64,000 nucleotides of DNA from Candidatus Eiseniibacteriota bacterium (GTDB lineage: Bacteria; Eisenbacteria; RBG-16-71-46), in NCBI GenBank assembly GCA_963707915.1, contig OY970178.1:2592001-2656000 (forward strand). The letters run 5' to 3'. The translations under genes were made by a program, and so were the position numbers. The notes under the pieces were generated by a model. It saw nothing but the letters and a program-made list of their open reading frames with translations, made no database searches and had not been told where the DNA came from. Positions 51,162 through 59,615 of the stretch are shown here, piece after piece (position 1 is the first letter of the stretch; each line of letters starts with the position of its first letter).

Positions 51162-52408
51162 GATGCTCCGCCTTTCGTCTCGAGTCGGGTCACTGCGGCC
51201 TCGAAGCGCTCCACGGCGAGCGCGATCTGTCCGGTGGTCACGTTGAGGGGGGGCAGGAAGCGCACGGCGTGCTCGCCGCCGCGCACCAGCAGCAGCCCGT
51301 GCTCGCGCGCGGCCCGCACCAGCTCGGGCGGCGCGAAGGGCGCCCCGGGAACGATCTCGACGGCGCGCAGCAGGCCGAGCCCGCGCGTCTCCGCGAGCGC
51401 GCCGTGACGCGCCACGACCGCCGCGAGCGCGGCGTCCAGCTCGCGTCCGCGCCGCCGCACGCGCGCGAGGAATCCGGGCCGGCGCACCCGCGCGAGCACC
51501 CAGCTGCCGGCCGCGGCGACCGCCGGGCCGCCGCCGAAGGTGCAGCCGTGCATGCCGGGCGCGAGCGCCTGCGCGACCTCGTCCGTCATGAGCACCGCCC
51601 CGAGCGGCAGGCCGCCGCCGAGCGCCTTGCTGAGCACGACCAGGTCGGCGCGCACGCCGAAGTGCTCCGCGGCGAGCAGCCGCCCGCAGCGGCCCATGCC
51701 GCACTGCACCTCGTCGAAGACCAGGGCGGCGCCGGACGCGGTGCAGCGCGCGCGCAGCGCCTCGAGGAACCCGCGCGTCGCGGGCACGGCGCCGCCTTCA
51801 CCCTGCACCGGCTCGACGATGACCGCGCAGACGTCCGTGCCGAGCGCCTGGTCCAGCCCGTCGATGCGGTTGAAGTCGGCGAAGCGCACGCCGGGCACCA
51901 GCGGCTCGAAGGGCTCGCGATAGGCGGGGGTCCAGGTCGCCGAGAGCGCGAATCCGGTGCGGCCGTGGAACCCGCCGCGGAAGGCGAGGATCGCGCGCCC
52001 CGGGCGCCCCGCGTGCCGGGCCCGCGCGCGGGCGAACTTGAGCGCCGCCTCGACGCCCTCGGTGCCGCTGTTGCAGAAGAACGCCCGCGGGTACCCGGTG
52101 GCGGCGGTGAGCTCCTCGGCCAGCGCGGCGCCGGGCGGGCTGGCGAACAGGTTCGAGCAGTGCGCCAGCGTGCGCAGTTGCCGTGCCACGGCGCGCGCCA
52201 GCCCGGGCGGGGCATGACCGAACGCGTTGACGGCGATGCCGCTCACGAAGTCGAGATACTCGCGGCCGTCGGGCCCGGTGGCCCAGGCCCCGCGGCCCGA
52301 GACCAGCGCGGGACGCGGCAGAGGGTAGACGGGCGCGAGCACGCCGACCTCGGCTTCGGCCAGGGCGGATGGCGCGGCCGCGACCGCGTCGTGCGGGAGG
52401 AGCGTCAT
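51158..52408 (-). CDS. argD: Acetylornithine aminotransferase
   Basis: YLDFVSGIAVN.FGH, NSGTE, FHGRT, EPVQGEGG, DEVQCG.GR.G, SKALGGG, HG.TFGG. Confidence 0.95.
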   Translation of the reverse strand: MTLLPHDAVAAAPSALAEAEVGVLAPVYPLPRPALVSGRGAWATGPDGREYLDFVSGIAVNAFGHAPPGLARAVARQLRTLAHCSNLFASPPGAALAEELTAATGYPRAFFCNSGTEGVEAALKFARARARHAGRPGRAILAFRGGFHGRTGFALSATWTPAYREPFEPLVPGVRFADFNRIDGLDQALGTDVCAVIVEPVQGEGGAVPATRGFLEALRARCTASGAALVFDEVQCGMGRCGRLLAAEHFGVRADLVVLSKALGGGLPLGAVLMTDEVAQALAPGMHGCTFGGGPAVAAAGSWVLARVRRPGFLARVRRRGRELDAALAAVVARHGALAETRGLGLLRAVEIVPGAPFAPPELVRAAREHGLLLVRGGEHAVRFLPPLNVTTGQIALAVERFEAAVTRLETKGGAS

Positions 52409-53253
52409 GGGCGCGGCCCGCCGTGTCCGGGACGGCCGGGGCCGCTCCAAGGGGGGCCTCCGATCGTCGTGCACCGCGCCGAGCCTGCGAGGATGGAAGC
52501 CAGCGCGCCGGGGCCGCTCCACGCGGCGATGTGGACCCGGCCCACGCCTGCGGCCAGCGCGGCCTGCGCGGCGCGCAGCTTGGGTCGCATGCCGCCGGTG
52601 ACCTGGGGGTTCGCGAGCGCCGCGTCGAGGGCGTCGCCGTCGAGGTCCGCCTGGAGGGTCTCGTCGAGGACGAGGCCCGGCGTGTCGCTCAGGAGCACCA
52701 GGGAGTCGGCGCCGAGCGCGCCCGCGAGCGCGGCGGCGAGGTCGTCGGCGTTGAGATTCATCAGCGCGCCGTCGCAGGCGCCGATGCTCGCGAGCACCGG
52801 CGTGCGGCCCTGGGCGAGCAGGCTCTCGAGCAGCGCCGGACGCACGTCGCGCACGCTGCCCACCGCGCCCAGCCGCGCGGCGTCCGGGTGCGGCCCGACC
52901 TCGGCGATCCCGCCGTCGAGCGCGGAGAGGCCCACCGCGTCCACGCCGCGGGAGCGCAGGCGCGCGACCAGGCGCCGGTTGGCCAGCCCCGCGAGGACGG
53001 CGGTCGCGACCTCGATGGTCGGGGCGTCGGTGACCCGCAGGCCGTCCACGAAGCGGGGCTCGAGGCCCAGCCGGCGGCACCAGGCGCTCAATTCGCCGCC
53101 GCCGCCGTGCACCAGCACCGCCCGGCCCGCGAGCCCGGCGAGCTCGTCCGCCAGCTCGTCGGCCGCGCCGGGCGATTCGAGCGCGCGGCCGCCGAGCTTG
53201 ACGACCGTGGGCCGCGCGGTCGCGGCGGCGACGTGGGCCGGCGCCGCGCTCAC
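52405..53253 (-). CDS. argB: Acetylglutamate kinase
   Basis: VVKLGG, VHGGG, GLRVTD, NLNAD, VTGGMRPK. Confidence 0.95.
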   Translation of the reverse strand: MSAAPAHVAAATARPTVVKLGGRALESPGAADELADELAGLAGRAVLVHGGGGELSAWCRRLGLEPRFVDGLRVTDAPTIEVATAVLAGLANRRLVARLRSRGVDAVGLSALDGGIAEVGPHPDAARLGAVGSVRDVRPALLESLLAQGRTPVLASIGACDGALMNLNADDLAAALAGALGADSLVLLSDTPGLVLDETLQADLDGDALDAALANPQVTGGMRPKLRAAQAALAAGVGRVHIAAWSGPGALASILAGSARCTTIGGPPWSGPGRPGHGGPRP

Positions 53254-54386
53254 CAGGGGCACCCGTGGACGGGCAGGCCGGTGGCCTCGGGCCAGCCCAG
53301 CACGAGGTTCAGGTTCTGGATCGCCTGGCCCGCCGCGCCCTTCACCAGGTTGTCGATCGCCGCCGCGGCCAGCAGCGTGGTCCCGCCGTGCAGCGTCGTG
53401 ACCGCGAGGTCGCAGCGGTTCGAGCCGCGCACGTGGCGCGTCTCGGGCCACTCGCCCGCGTCGAGCAGGCGCACGAAGCGCTCGCCGTCGTAGCGCTCGA
53501 GGTACGCCGCGCGCGCCTCCGCGGGGCTCACCGGGCGCGCGAGCGTCGCGCTGGCGGTCAGGAGGATGCCGCGCGCCATCGGGACGAGCTGCGGCGCGAA
53601 GGTCACCGGGTGCGCGGCCCCGGCGAGCCGGGCGAGGTTGCGCTCCATCTCGGGCACGTGGGGGTGTCCGGCGCCGGCGCGATAGAGCGCCGCGCCGCCG
53701 TCGAGTTCCACGAACGAGGTGCGCAGCGCGGACGCGCGCCCGGCGCCGCTGGCGCCCGAGACCGCGCTCACCATCACGGGCCCGGCGAGCCAGCGGGCGG
53801 CGGGCAGCAGGGCCAGCGTGGCGGCGGTCGGGTAGCAGCCCGGGTTCGCGATGCGGGAAGCCGGCGCGATCTCGTCGCGGAAGGCCTCGGGCAGGCCGTA
53901 GACGTAGGCCGGGCCCGGCGCGTGCGCCGCGTGGGCGCCGCCGTCGCGGAAGTCGGACGAGAGGTCCACGATGCGCGCCGGGCCCCGCGCCAGGGCCGGC
54001 CGTGCGGCGGCGAGCGCCGCCCACGCGCCGTGCGGCAGGCAGCAGACCAGCGTGTCGAAGGCGCCCGCGGCGAGCAGGGCCTCGAGGGCGGATGGATCCA
54101 CGACGGCGGGCAGGGCCGCCGCGCGCGGATCGAGGCCCGGGAGGAGGTCCGCCGCCGGCCGGCCGGCGTGCTCCCGCGAGACCAGCACGGTCACCTCGAG
54201 GCCGGGGTGCCCGAGCGCGAGGCGCGTCAGCTCCTGGCCGGAGTAGCCGCTGGCCCCGAGCAGCGCGAGGCGCGCCGTGCGGGGCGAAGCGTCCGCGGGC
54301 GCGACGCTGCCCGCCGGCGCGGAGGCGATGCTCCCGCCCCCGGCCGGACCCGAGCTCCCGGCCGTTCCCGGAACGGGGCAGCTCAC
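53250..54386 (-). CDS. argC: N-acetyl-gamma-glutamyl-phosphate reductase
   Basis: GASGYSG.EL, LPHG, DLSSDFR, YGLPE, IANPGCYPT, SGASGAG, IDNLVKGAAGQA.QN.N. Confidence 0.96.
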   Translation of the reverse strand: MSCPVPGTAGSSGPAGGGSIASAPAGSVAPADASPRTARLALLGASGYSGQELTRLALGHPGLEVTVLVSREHAGRPAADLLPGLDPRAAALPAVVDPSALEALLAAGAFDTLVCCLPHGAWAALAAARPALARGPARIVDLSSDFRDGGAHAAHAPGPAYVYGLPEAFRDEIAPASRIANPGCYPTAATLALLPAARWLAGPVMVSAVSGASGAGRASALRTSFVELDGGAALYRAGAGHPHVPEMERNLARLAGAAHPVTFAPQLVPMARGILLTASATLARPVSPAEARAAYLERYDGERFVRLLDAGEWPETRHVRGSNRCDLAVTTLHGGTTLLAAAAIDNLVKGAAGQAIQNLNLVLGWPEATGLPVHGCPW

Positions 54387-54859
54387 TTCCCGGTACCGGC
54401 CGGCTGGCCCTGGAGCGATTCGAGGCGGCGCTTGAAGCGCCGGGCCGCGGTCGTGTCCGCGGTCACCACGAGGATGGTGTCGTCGCCGGCCACCGAGCCG
54501 ACGATGCCGTCGAAGCCCGCGAGGTCGATGGCCCGCGCCACGGCGTTGGCGTGGCCCGGGGGGGTGCGCACGACCACGAGGTTCTGCGCCAGCCGGACGT
54601 CGTTGACGAAGGCCTTGAGGTCGAGGGACTGGCGCTCGCGGTCGAGGGCCTCGGTGGCGGGGCCCTGGAGCTCGTAGACCATGCGGCCGGAGGCGCCCGG
54701 CCGCTTGAGCACCCCGAGGCTGCGCAGGTCGCGCGACAGGGTGGCCTGGGTGACCTGGACCCCGGCGCGGGCGAGCGCCTTCACCAGCTCCTCCTGGCTC
54801 GAGAAGCGGTGCCCGGCGACGAGTTCGGCGAGCAACGTGAGGCGGCGCGGGCGCGGCAT
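54383..54859 (-). CDS. argR: Arginine repressor
   Basis: SQEEL, VTQATLSRDL, VVVRT.PG.A, GSVAGDDT. Confidence 0.96.
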   Translation of the reverse strand: MPRPRRLTLLAELVAGHRFSSQEELVKALARAGVQVTQATLSRDLRSLGVLKRPGASGRMVYELQGPATEALDRERQSLDLKAFVNDVRLAQNLVVVRTPPGHANAVARAIDLAGFDGIVGSVAGDDTILVVTADTTAARRFKRRLESLQGQPAGTGK

Positions 54860-54874
54860 CGAGACCTCCGGGAG

Positions 54875-54912
54875 TTTGAATAGATATGCAACACTATGAA
54901 TAAGAACACATG
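54875..54912. promoter_or_regulatory. Tandem ARG boxes (ArgR operator) overlapping the arg operon promoter
   Basis: TTTGAATAGATATGCAAC and TATGAATAAGAACACATG, 2 bp apart, AT-rich, just upstream of argR; similar to the TGAAT-N4-ATTCA consensus. Confidence 0.8.
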
Positions 54913-55001
54913 AGCCCGGGAGCCGTCAAGGGGCGGGGCGGACGACCGGCGGCCCCGCTCCCCCGCGGCCGCGCCGCCGCGTGGCGGGCAGGGCCGCGCG
55001 A

Positions 55002-55021
55002 CTGTCGCGCGTTCGCGACAG
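55002..55021. promoter_or_regulatory. Putative enhancer-binding protein site (CTGTCGCG-N4-CGCGACAG)
   Basis: Perfect 8-bp inverted repeat about 270 bp upstream of the sigma54 motif at 55290. Confidence 0.45.
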
Positions 55022-55289
55022 CCGGGCCGCCGGGGAGCGCGTTGCGACGCGCTCCCCGGTCACCGCGGCGCACGCGCGAACGGCGCCGCCGCCGCGGTCC
55101 GGCGTGATGCGCGGGTCGAAGCAGAGCCCGCTTGGAGAGCGGTCCGGGACCGCCGGATCGCGGCTTGGATCGCGGGCCCGGCGCCCCGGCCTGGTCCAAG
55201 CGGATAGGCGCTGTTCGGGGGCCGCCGGGCATCGAAGGGTCGAACCCGCGAGCGGCCGGCGGGTAGTAGATGACGGCGGGATCGTCCCG

Positions 55290-55305
55290 TGGCACTCCTC
55301 TTGCG
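55290..55305 (+). promoter_or_regulatory. Sigma54 -24/-12 promoter of the flavoprotein/multiheme/porin operon
   Basis: TGGCACTCCTCTTGCG matches TGGCAC-N5-TTGC, about 100 nt before the first gene. Confidence 0.8.
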
Positions 55306-55402
55306 GGCACGGAGCGATCCTCACGAAACGACGACAACGCGCAGTCCGCGGAACACGACCCCCCGCATTTCGGCCGCGAGGAGTCGCAACTTGCAATCCG
55401 CC

Positions 55403-56308
55403 GTGCTGGTCCACACCTCCAAGAGTGGCAGGACCCTCGCGATCCCCGCGGACCGCGCGGCGCTGGTGTGCCTGCTCGCGATCCCCCTCGGGGTCACCCT
55501 GCGATACCTGCCCTACTACGTGTCGGGCGTATCCAGCCGGGCGCGTGACCCGCTGCACCCCCTGCTGGGCCCGTCCGGGCCGGTCGGGATCTCGTTCGGG
55601 CTCGTGGGCGCAGCGCTCTTCCTGTTCATGTGGCTCTACCCGCTGCGCAAGCACCTGCCGGCGCTGCGCCGTGCGGGGAACCTGCGCACCTGGCTCCAGG
55701 TCCACATCCTGGCGGGTCTCGCGCTGCCGTTCGTGGTGGCCGTGCACGCGGGCTGGCGCTTCACCGGGCTCATCGGCCTGGGCTACGCCGCCATGGTGCT
55801 CGTGATCCTGAGCGGCGTCGTGGGGCGCTACCTGTACGGCCACATCCCCCGCCGGCAGGACGGGCTCGAGCTCTCGCTCGAAGCGGTGGCGAACGAACGC
55901 CGCGCCCTGCTCACCCGCATCGCCGCCGCCACCGGGCTCCATCCTGCCGAGGTGGATCACGCGCTCCACCCGGGCGCCGCGCCGGGCGCAGGCCGCGGCA
56001 TCGCGGGCACGCTCGCGCGCCTGGTCGCCGGCGACCTCGCGCGGCGGCGCGCGGTGCGCGAACTGGCGCGTCTCCGGGCGCAGCCACGGCCGGGCCTGCC
56101 ACCGCCGGACCCCCACGCGCTGGCCGAGGCCGTGAAGCTCGCCCGCCGGGAGGTGGCCCTGGAGCAGCAGGTCCGGATGCTGGGGGCCACGCAGCGCGTC
56201 TTCACCTGGTGGCACGTGGCTCACCTGCCGGTGGCGATCACGTCGTTCCTGGCCATCCTCGTCCACGTCGGCGTCGCCGTGCTCATCGGCGGCGTGATGC
56301 TGCGCTGA
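55403..56308 (+). CDS. Inner-membrane protein with two His-x13-His pairs (ferric-reductase-like putative di-heme b)
   Basis: YPLRK, WLQVHILAGLALPFVVAVHAG, SGVVGRYLY..IP, WWHVAHLPVAITSFLAILVHV; start uncertain (GTG 55403 chosen). Confidence 0.7.
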   Translation: MLVHTSKSGRTLAIPADRAALVCLLAIPLGVTLRYLPYYVSGVSSRARDPLHPLLGPSGPVGISFGLVGAALFLFMWLYPLRKHLPALRRAGNLRTWLQVHILAGLALPFVVAVHAGWRFTGLIGLGYAAMVLVILSGVVGRYLYGHIPRRQDGLELSLEAVANERRALLTRIAAATGLHPAEVDHALHPGAAPGAGRGIAGTLARLVAGDLARRRAVRELARLRAQPRPGLPPPDPHALAEAVKLARREVALEQQVRMLGATQRVFTWWHVAHLPVAITSFLAILVHVGVAVLIGGVMLR

Positions 56309-56312
56309 CGCC

Positions 56313-57800
56313 ATGAGCATGGCCCTCACCGTGCTCGGCTTCGCCGCGCTGACGGCGCTCTTCGCCTGGTGGCACGTGCGCGGCTCGGGCGCCGGCGTCA
56401 CGGCGTCCGACCTGCGGACCTGCCCGCGCTGCCGGGCCCGCTTCGCGGCCGGGGCCGTGTTCTGTCCGGGGTGCCGCGTGCCGGTGCAGGTCTACGAGCT
56501 GGTGAGCGCTCCGATCGCGGACGTCGCGGAGCCGCTCGACCTGGACGTGAAGCCGCACCCCATCGTGCGCACCGACCTGTGCGTGGGTTGCGGCACCTGC
56601 GTGGCGGCCTGCCCGGAGCCCGGGGCGATCCAGCTGGTGGACCACCACTCGTTCGTGGATCTCGACCGCTGCAAACGGCACGGGACCTGCGCGGCAGCCT
56701 GCCCGATGGGCGCCATCGTGATGGCGACGGGCGCGGCGGTGCAGCGCGTCGAAGTGCCGGACGTCGACGGCCACTTTCAGACCAACGTGCCCGGGCTCTA
56801 CGTGGTGGGAGAGCTGGGCGGGCGGGGGCTGATCAAGAACGCGATCAACGAGGGCCGCATCGCCATCGAGCACGTCGCGCGGGTGCTGGCGGCAGGCCGT
56901 CCGTGGCGGCCGGGCGAAGCCGGGCCGGCCGCTGCCGGATCGGACACGCCGGGCCCCTACGACGTGCTCGTGGTCGGCTCGGGCCCCGCGGGGCTCTCGG
57001 CCGCGCTCGAGGCGCAGCGCCTGGGCCTGCGTGCCGTCGTGCTCGAGCAGGGCTCGATCTCGGACACGATCCGCAAGTACCCCCGGCGCAAGCTCCTGCT
57101 CGCCGAACCCTCGCGCGTCCAGCTCTACGGCGGGCTGTGGGTGTCCGACGCCACGAAGGAGGAACTGCTGACGGTGTGGGAGACGATCATCGCGCGCGCC
57201 GGCCTGCGCGTGCGCACCGGCGAGCGGGTGGAGTCGCTGGACCACGACGGCGTGCTGTTCCGCGTGCGCACCCCGGGGACCGAGTACCAGGCCCGCAAGG
57301 TCGTGCTGGCGATGGGGCGGCGCGGCACGCCGCGGCGGCTGGGCGTGCCGGGCGAGGAGCTGGAGAAGACGCTCTACGACGTCGTCGAGATGGAGTCGTT
57401 CGCGGGCTGCCGCATGCTGGTGGTCGGGGGCGGCGACAGCGCGATCGAATCGGCGATCGGTCTCGCCGCCCAGCCGGACACCACGGTCACGCTCTCGTAC
57501 CGCGGGCAGGAGTTCCCGCGCGTGAAGGAGCGCAACCGCGAGAAGCTCGAGGCCGCGGTCCGGGCGTCCGGCAAGGACGGGGCGGGCCGCCTGGAGGTGC
57601 TGCTCGGCAGCCGCGCGGTCGAGATCCGCCCCGGGGTCGTGGCGCTCGACTGCGGGGGCATGGCCCGCCTGCTCCCCAACGACTACGTGATCGTCCGCAT
57701 CGGCGGCGAGCCGCCCTACCCGTTCCTCGAGCGCTGCGGCGTGCGTATCGTGACCAAGGAGATCGCGATCGAGACCGGCGCGGAAAGGCGGGCCGGGTGA
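56313..57800 (+). CDS. Membrane-anchored 2x[4Fe-4S] ferredoxin / FAD-NAD(P)H oxidoreductase (TrxB/YpdA-like fold)
   Basis: N-terminal TM, CPRC..CPGC ribbon, CVGCGTCVAACP, CKRHGTCAAACP, TNVPGLYVVGE, VVGSGPAG, LAMG, VVGGGDSA, SYR. Confidence 0.88.
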   Translation: MSMALTVLGFAALTALFAWWHVRGSGAGVTASDLRTCPRCRARFAAGAVFCPGCRVPVQVYELVSAPIADVAEPLDLDVKPHPIVRTDLCVGCGTCVAACPEPGAIQLVDHHSFVDLDRCKRHGTCAAACPMGAIVMATGAAVQRVEVPDVDGHFQTNVPGLYVVGELGGRGLIKNAINEGRIAIEHVARVLAAGRPWRPGEAGPAAAGSDTPGPYDVLVVGSGPAGLSAALEAQRLGLRAVVLEQGSISDTIRKYPRRKLLLAEPSRVQLYGGLWVSDATKEELLTVWETIIARAGLRVRTGERVESLDHDGVLFRVRTPGTEYQARKVVLAMGRRGTPRRLGVPGEELEKTLYDVVEMESFAGCRMLVVGGGDSAIESAIGLAAQPDTTVTLSYRGQEFPRVKERNREKLEAAVRASGKDGAGRLEVLLGSRAVEIRPGVVALDCGGMARLLPNDYVIVRIGGEPPYPFLERCGVRIVTKEIAIETGAERRAG

Positions 57801-59575
57801 GGGCCGCGCTCCCCGCCACCCTGGTCATGCTCTCGCTTGCCGTCGCCCTTCCCGCCCGCGCGCAGCTCTCGCCCGGGCCGCTCAGCGAGGCCCACCACGC
57901 GCTCGAGGGCGTCACGCAGTGTCTCCAGTGCCACGAGCGCGGCGCCGGCGTGGCGGACGCGAAGTGCCTCGCGTGCCACACCGAGATCGGCTGGATGCTC
58001 GGCCGCGACCGCGGGCTCCATCCCCGCGTGCGATCCACGCCCTGCGCGAAGTGCCATCCCGACCACGCCGGTCGCGACTTCCGGTTGGTGCGCTGGGACG
58101 AGGGCGCCCCCGGGCGCTTCGACCACCGGCGCGCGGGGTTCGCGCTCGAGGGCCGTCACGGGAGCCTCCAGTGCGCCGAGTGCCACCAGCCGCGCTTCCA
58201 GGGGTCGGGCGCCGCCGCGCTCATCCGCAAGCGGGACCGCGCGGGGAGCTGGCTGGGGCTCGATCGCGCCTGCGCCTCGTGCCACCACGATCCCCATCGG
58301 GGCCAGCTGGGTGCCACCTGCACGGCCTGCCACGGGCAGGTGGCCTGGAAACCGGCCGCGGGCTTCGACCACGCGAAGTCCGCCTACCCGCTCACCGACC
58401 GGCACGCCAGGGTCGAGTGCGCGAAGTGCCACCTCTCCCCGCGGCTCCCGCTCACCGCCGATGCGCAGGGGAAGCCCGTGCCGCTCTGGAAGCCGCTGCC
58501 GCACGCCGATTGCGCGTCCTGCCACCGGGACCCGCACTCCGGCCGGTTCCCGGGCGCCTGCGCGAAGTGCCACACGACGCGGGGCTTCCAGGTCTTCGAC
58601 GCGAGCGTGTTCGACCACGACCGGACGCGCTACCCGTTGCGCGGCCGGCACGCCTCCGTCGCCTGCGCGAAGTGCCACGATCCGAAGAAGCCGGGGGTGT
58701 GGAAGCCCCCCTATGACCGCTGTGACCGCTGTCACCGCGACGCCCACGCCGGTCAGGCCACGCTGGCGGGCCGCCCCGCCGACTGCGCCGCCTGCCACGC
58801 CGTCCAGGGCTGGAAGCCCTCGACCTACACGGTGGCCGCGCACCAGGCCTCGACCTATCCGCTCGAAGGACGTCACGCCGCGACCGATTGCGCGAAGTGC
58901 CACACGTCGGAACCGGACTCCCTCGCCGCCCGCCCGGCCGGCACGCGGGTGCGATTGCGGCCCGCCCACGCGCGCTGCCTCGACTGCCACGCCGACCCGC
59001 ACCGCGGGCGCTTCGAGCCGGGCGGCGCCCGCGCCAAGCGGTCGAGTTGCCGCACCTGCCACACCATGGACGGCTACAGGCCCACCCTGGTGGACGCCGC
59101 CGCGCACGCGCGCCTGGGCTACCCGCTCGAGGGGGCGCACCGCGCCGTGCCCTGCCAGGGCTGCCACGCCGAGCTGAAGCCCGCGCCGTCCGCGGCCGAT
59201 CCGGCGGTCCGGGGGGCCGTGGCAGGGCGCGATTCGCTGCGCGCGCTGCTCTTCGCCGACGCGGTCTCCGGCTGCGCGGGTTGTCACCCGTCCCCGCACG
59301 GCGAGCAGTTCAAGGGCCGCGGCCCGCGGGTGAAGGGCGGGCTGGCGGGCGACGCCTGCGACGCCTGCCACGGGCTCGAGGCCTTCAAGCCGGCGGAACG
59401 CTTCCGCCACGACCGGGACTCCGCGTTCCGGCTCACCGGGGCGCACGAGAAGGTCGGGTGCGGAGGCTGCCACAAGTCCTCGCGGGACGCGCAGGGGCGG
59501 ACCTTCGTGGTCTACAGGCCCACGCCCGCCCGCTGCGAGGAGTGTCATGTCCATCGACAGCAGGGGGCGTCATGA
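57797..59575 (+). CDS. Periplasmic 20-heme cytochrome c
   Basis: GTGA overlap; signal peptide ending ARA-QLSPGPLS..H; 20 CxxCH with recurring FDH...(F/Y)PL.G.H units. Confidence 0.92.
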   Translation: MRAALPATLVMLSLAVALPARAQLSPGPLSEAHHALEGVTQCLQCHERGAGVADAKCLACHTEIGWMLGRDRGLHPRVRSTPCAKCHPDHAGRDFRLVRWDEGAPGRFDHRRAGFALEGRHGSLQCAECHQPRFQGSGAAALIRKRDRAGSWLGLDRACASCHHDPHRGQLGATCTACHGQVAWKPAAGFDHAKSAYPLTDRHARVECAKCHLSPRLPLTADAQGKPVPLWKPLPHADCASCHRDPHSGRFPGACAKCHTTRGFQVFDASVFDHDRTRYPLRGRHASVACAKCHDPKKPGVWKPPYDRCDRCHRDAHAGQATLAGRPADCAACHAVQGWKPSTYTVAAHQASTYPLEGRHAATDCAKCHTSEPDSLAARPAGTRVRLRPAHARCLDCHADPHRGRFEPGGARAKRSSCRTCHTMDGYRPTLVDAAAHARLGYPLEGAHRAVPCQGCHAELKPAPSAADPAVRGAVAGRDSLRALLFADAVSGCAGCHPSPHGEQFKGRGPRVKGGLAGDACDACHGLEAFKPAERFRHDRDSAFRLTGAHEKVGCGGCHKSSRDAQGRTFVVYRPTPARCEECHVHRQQGAS

Positions 59576-59615
59576 GGAAGGCAGGCGTCATCTCCGGGCA
59601 CGCGGAAGGTCGGCC

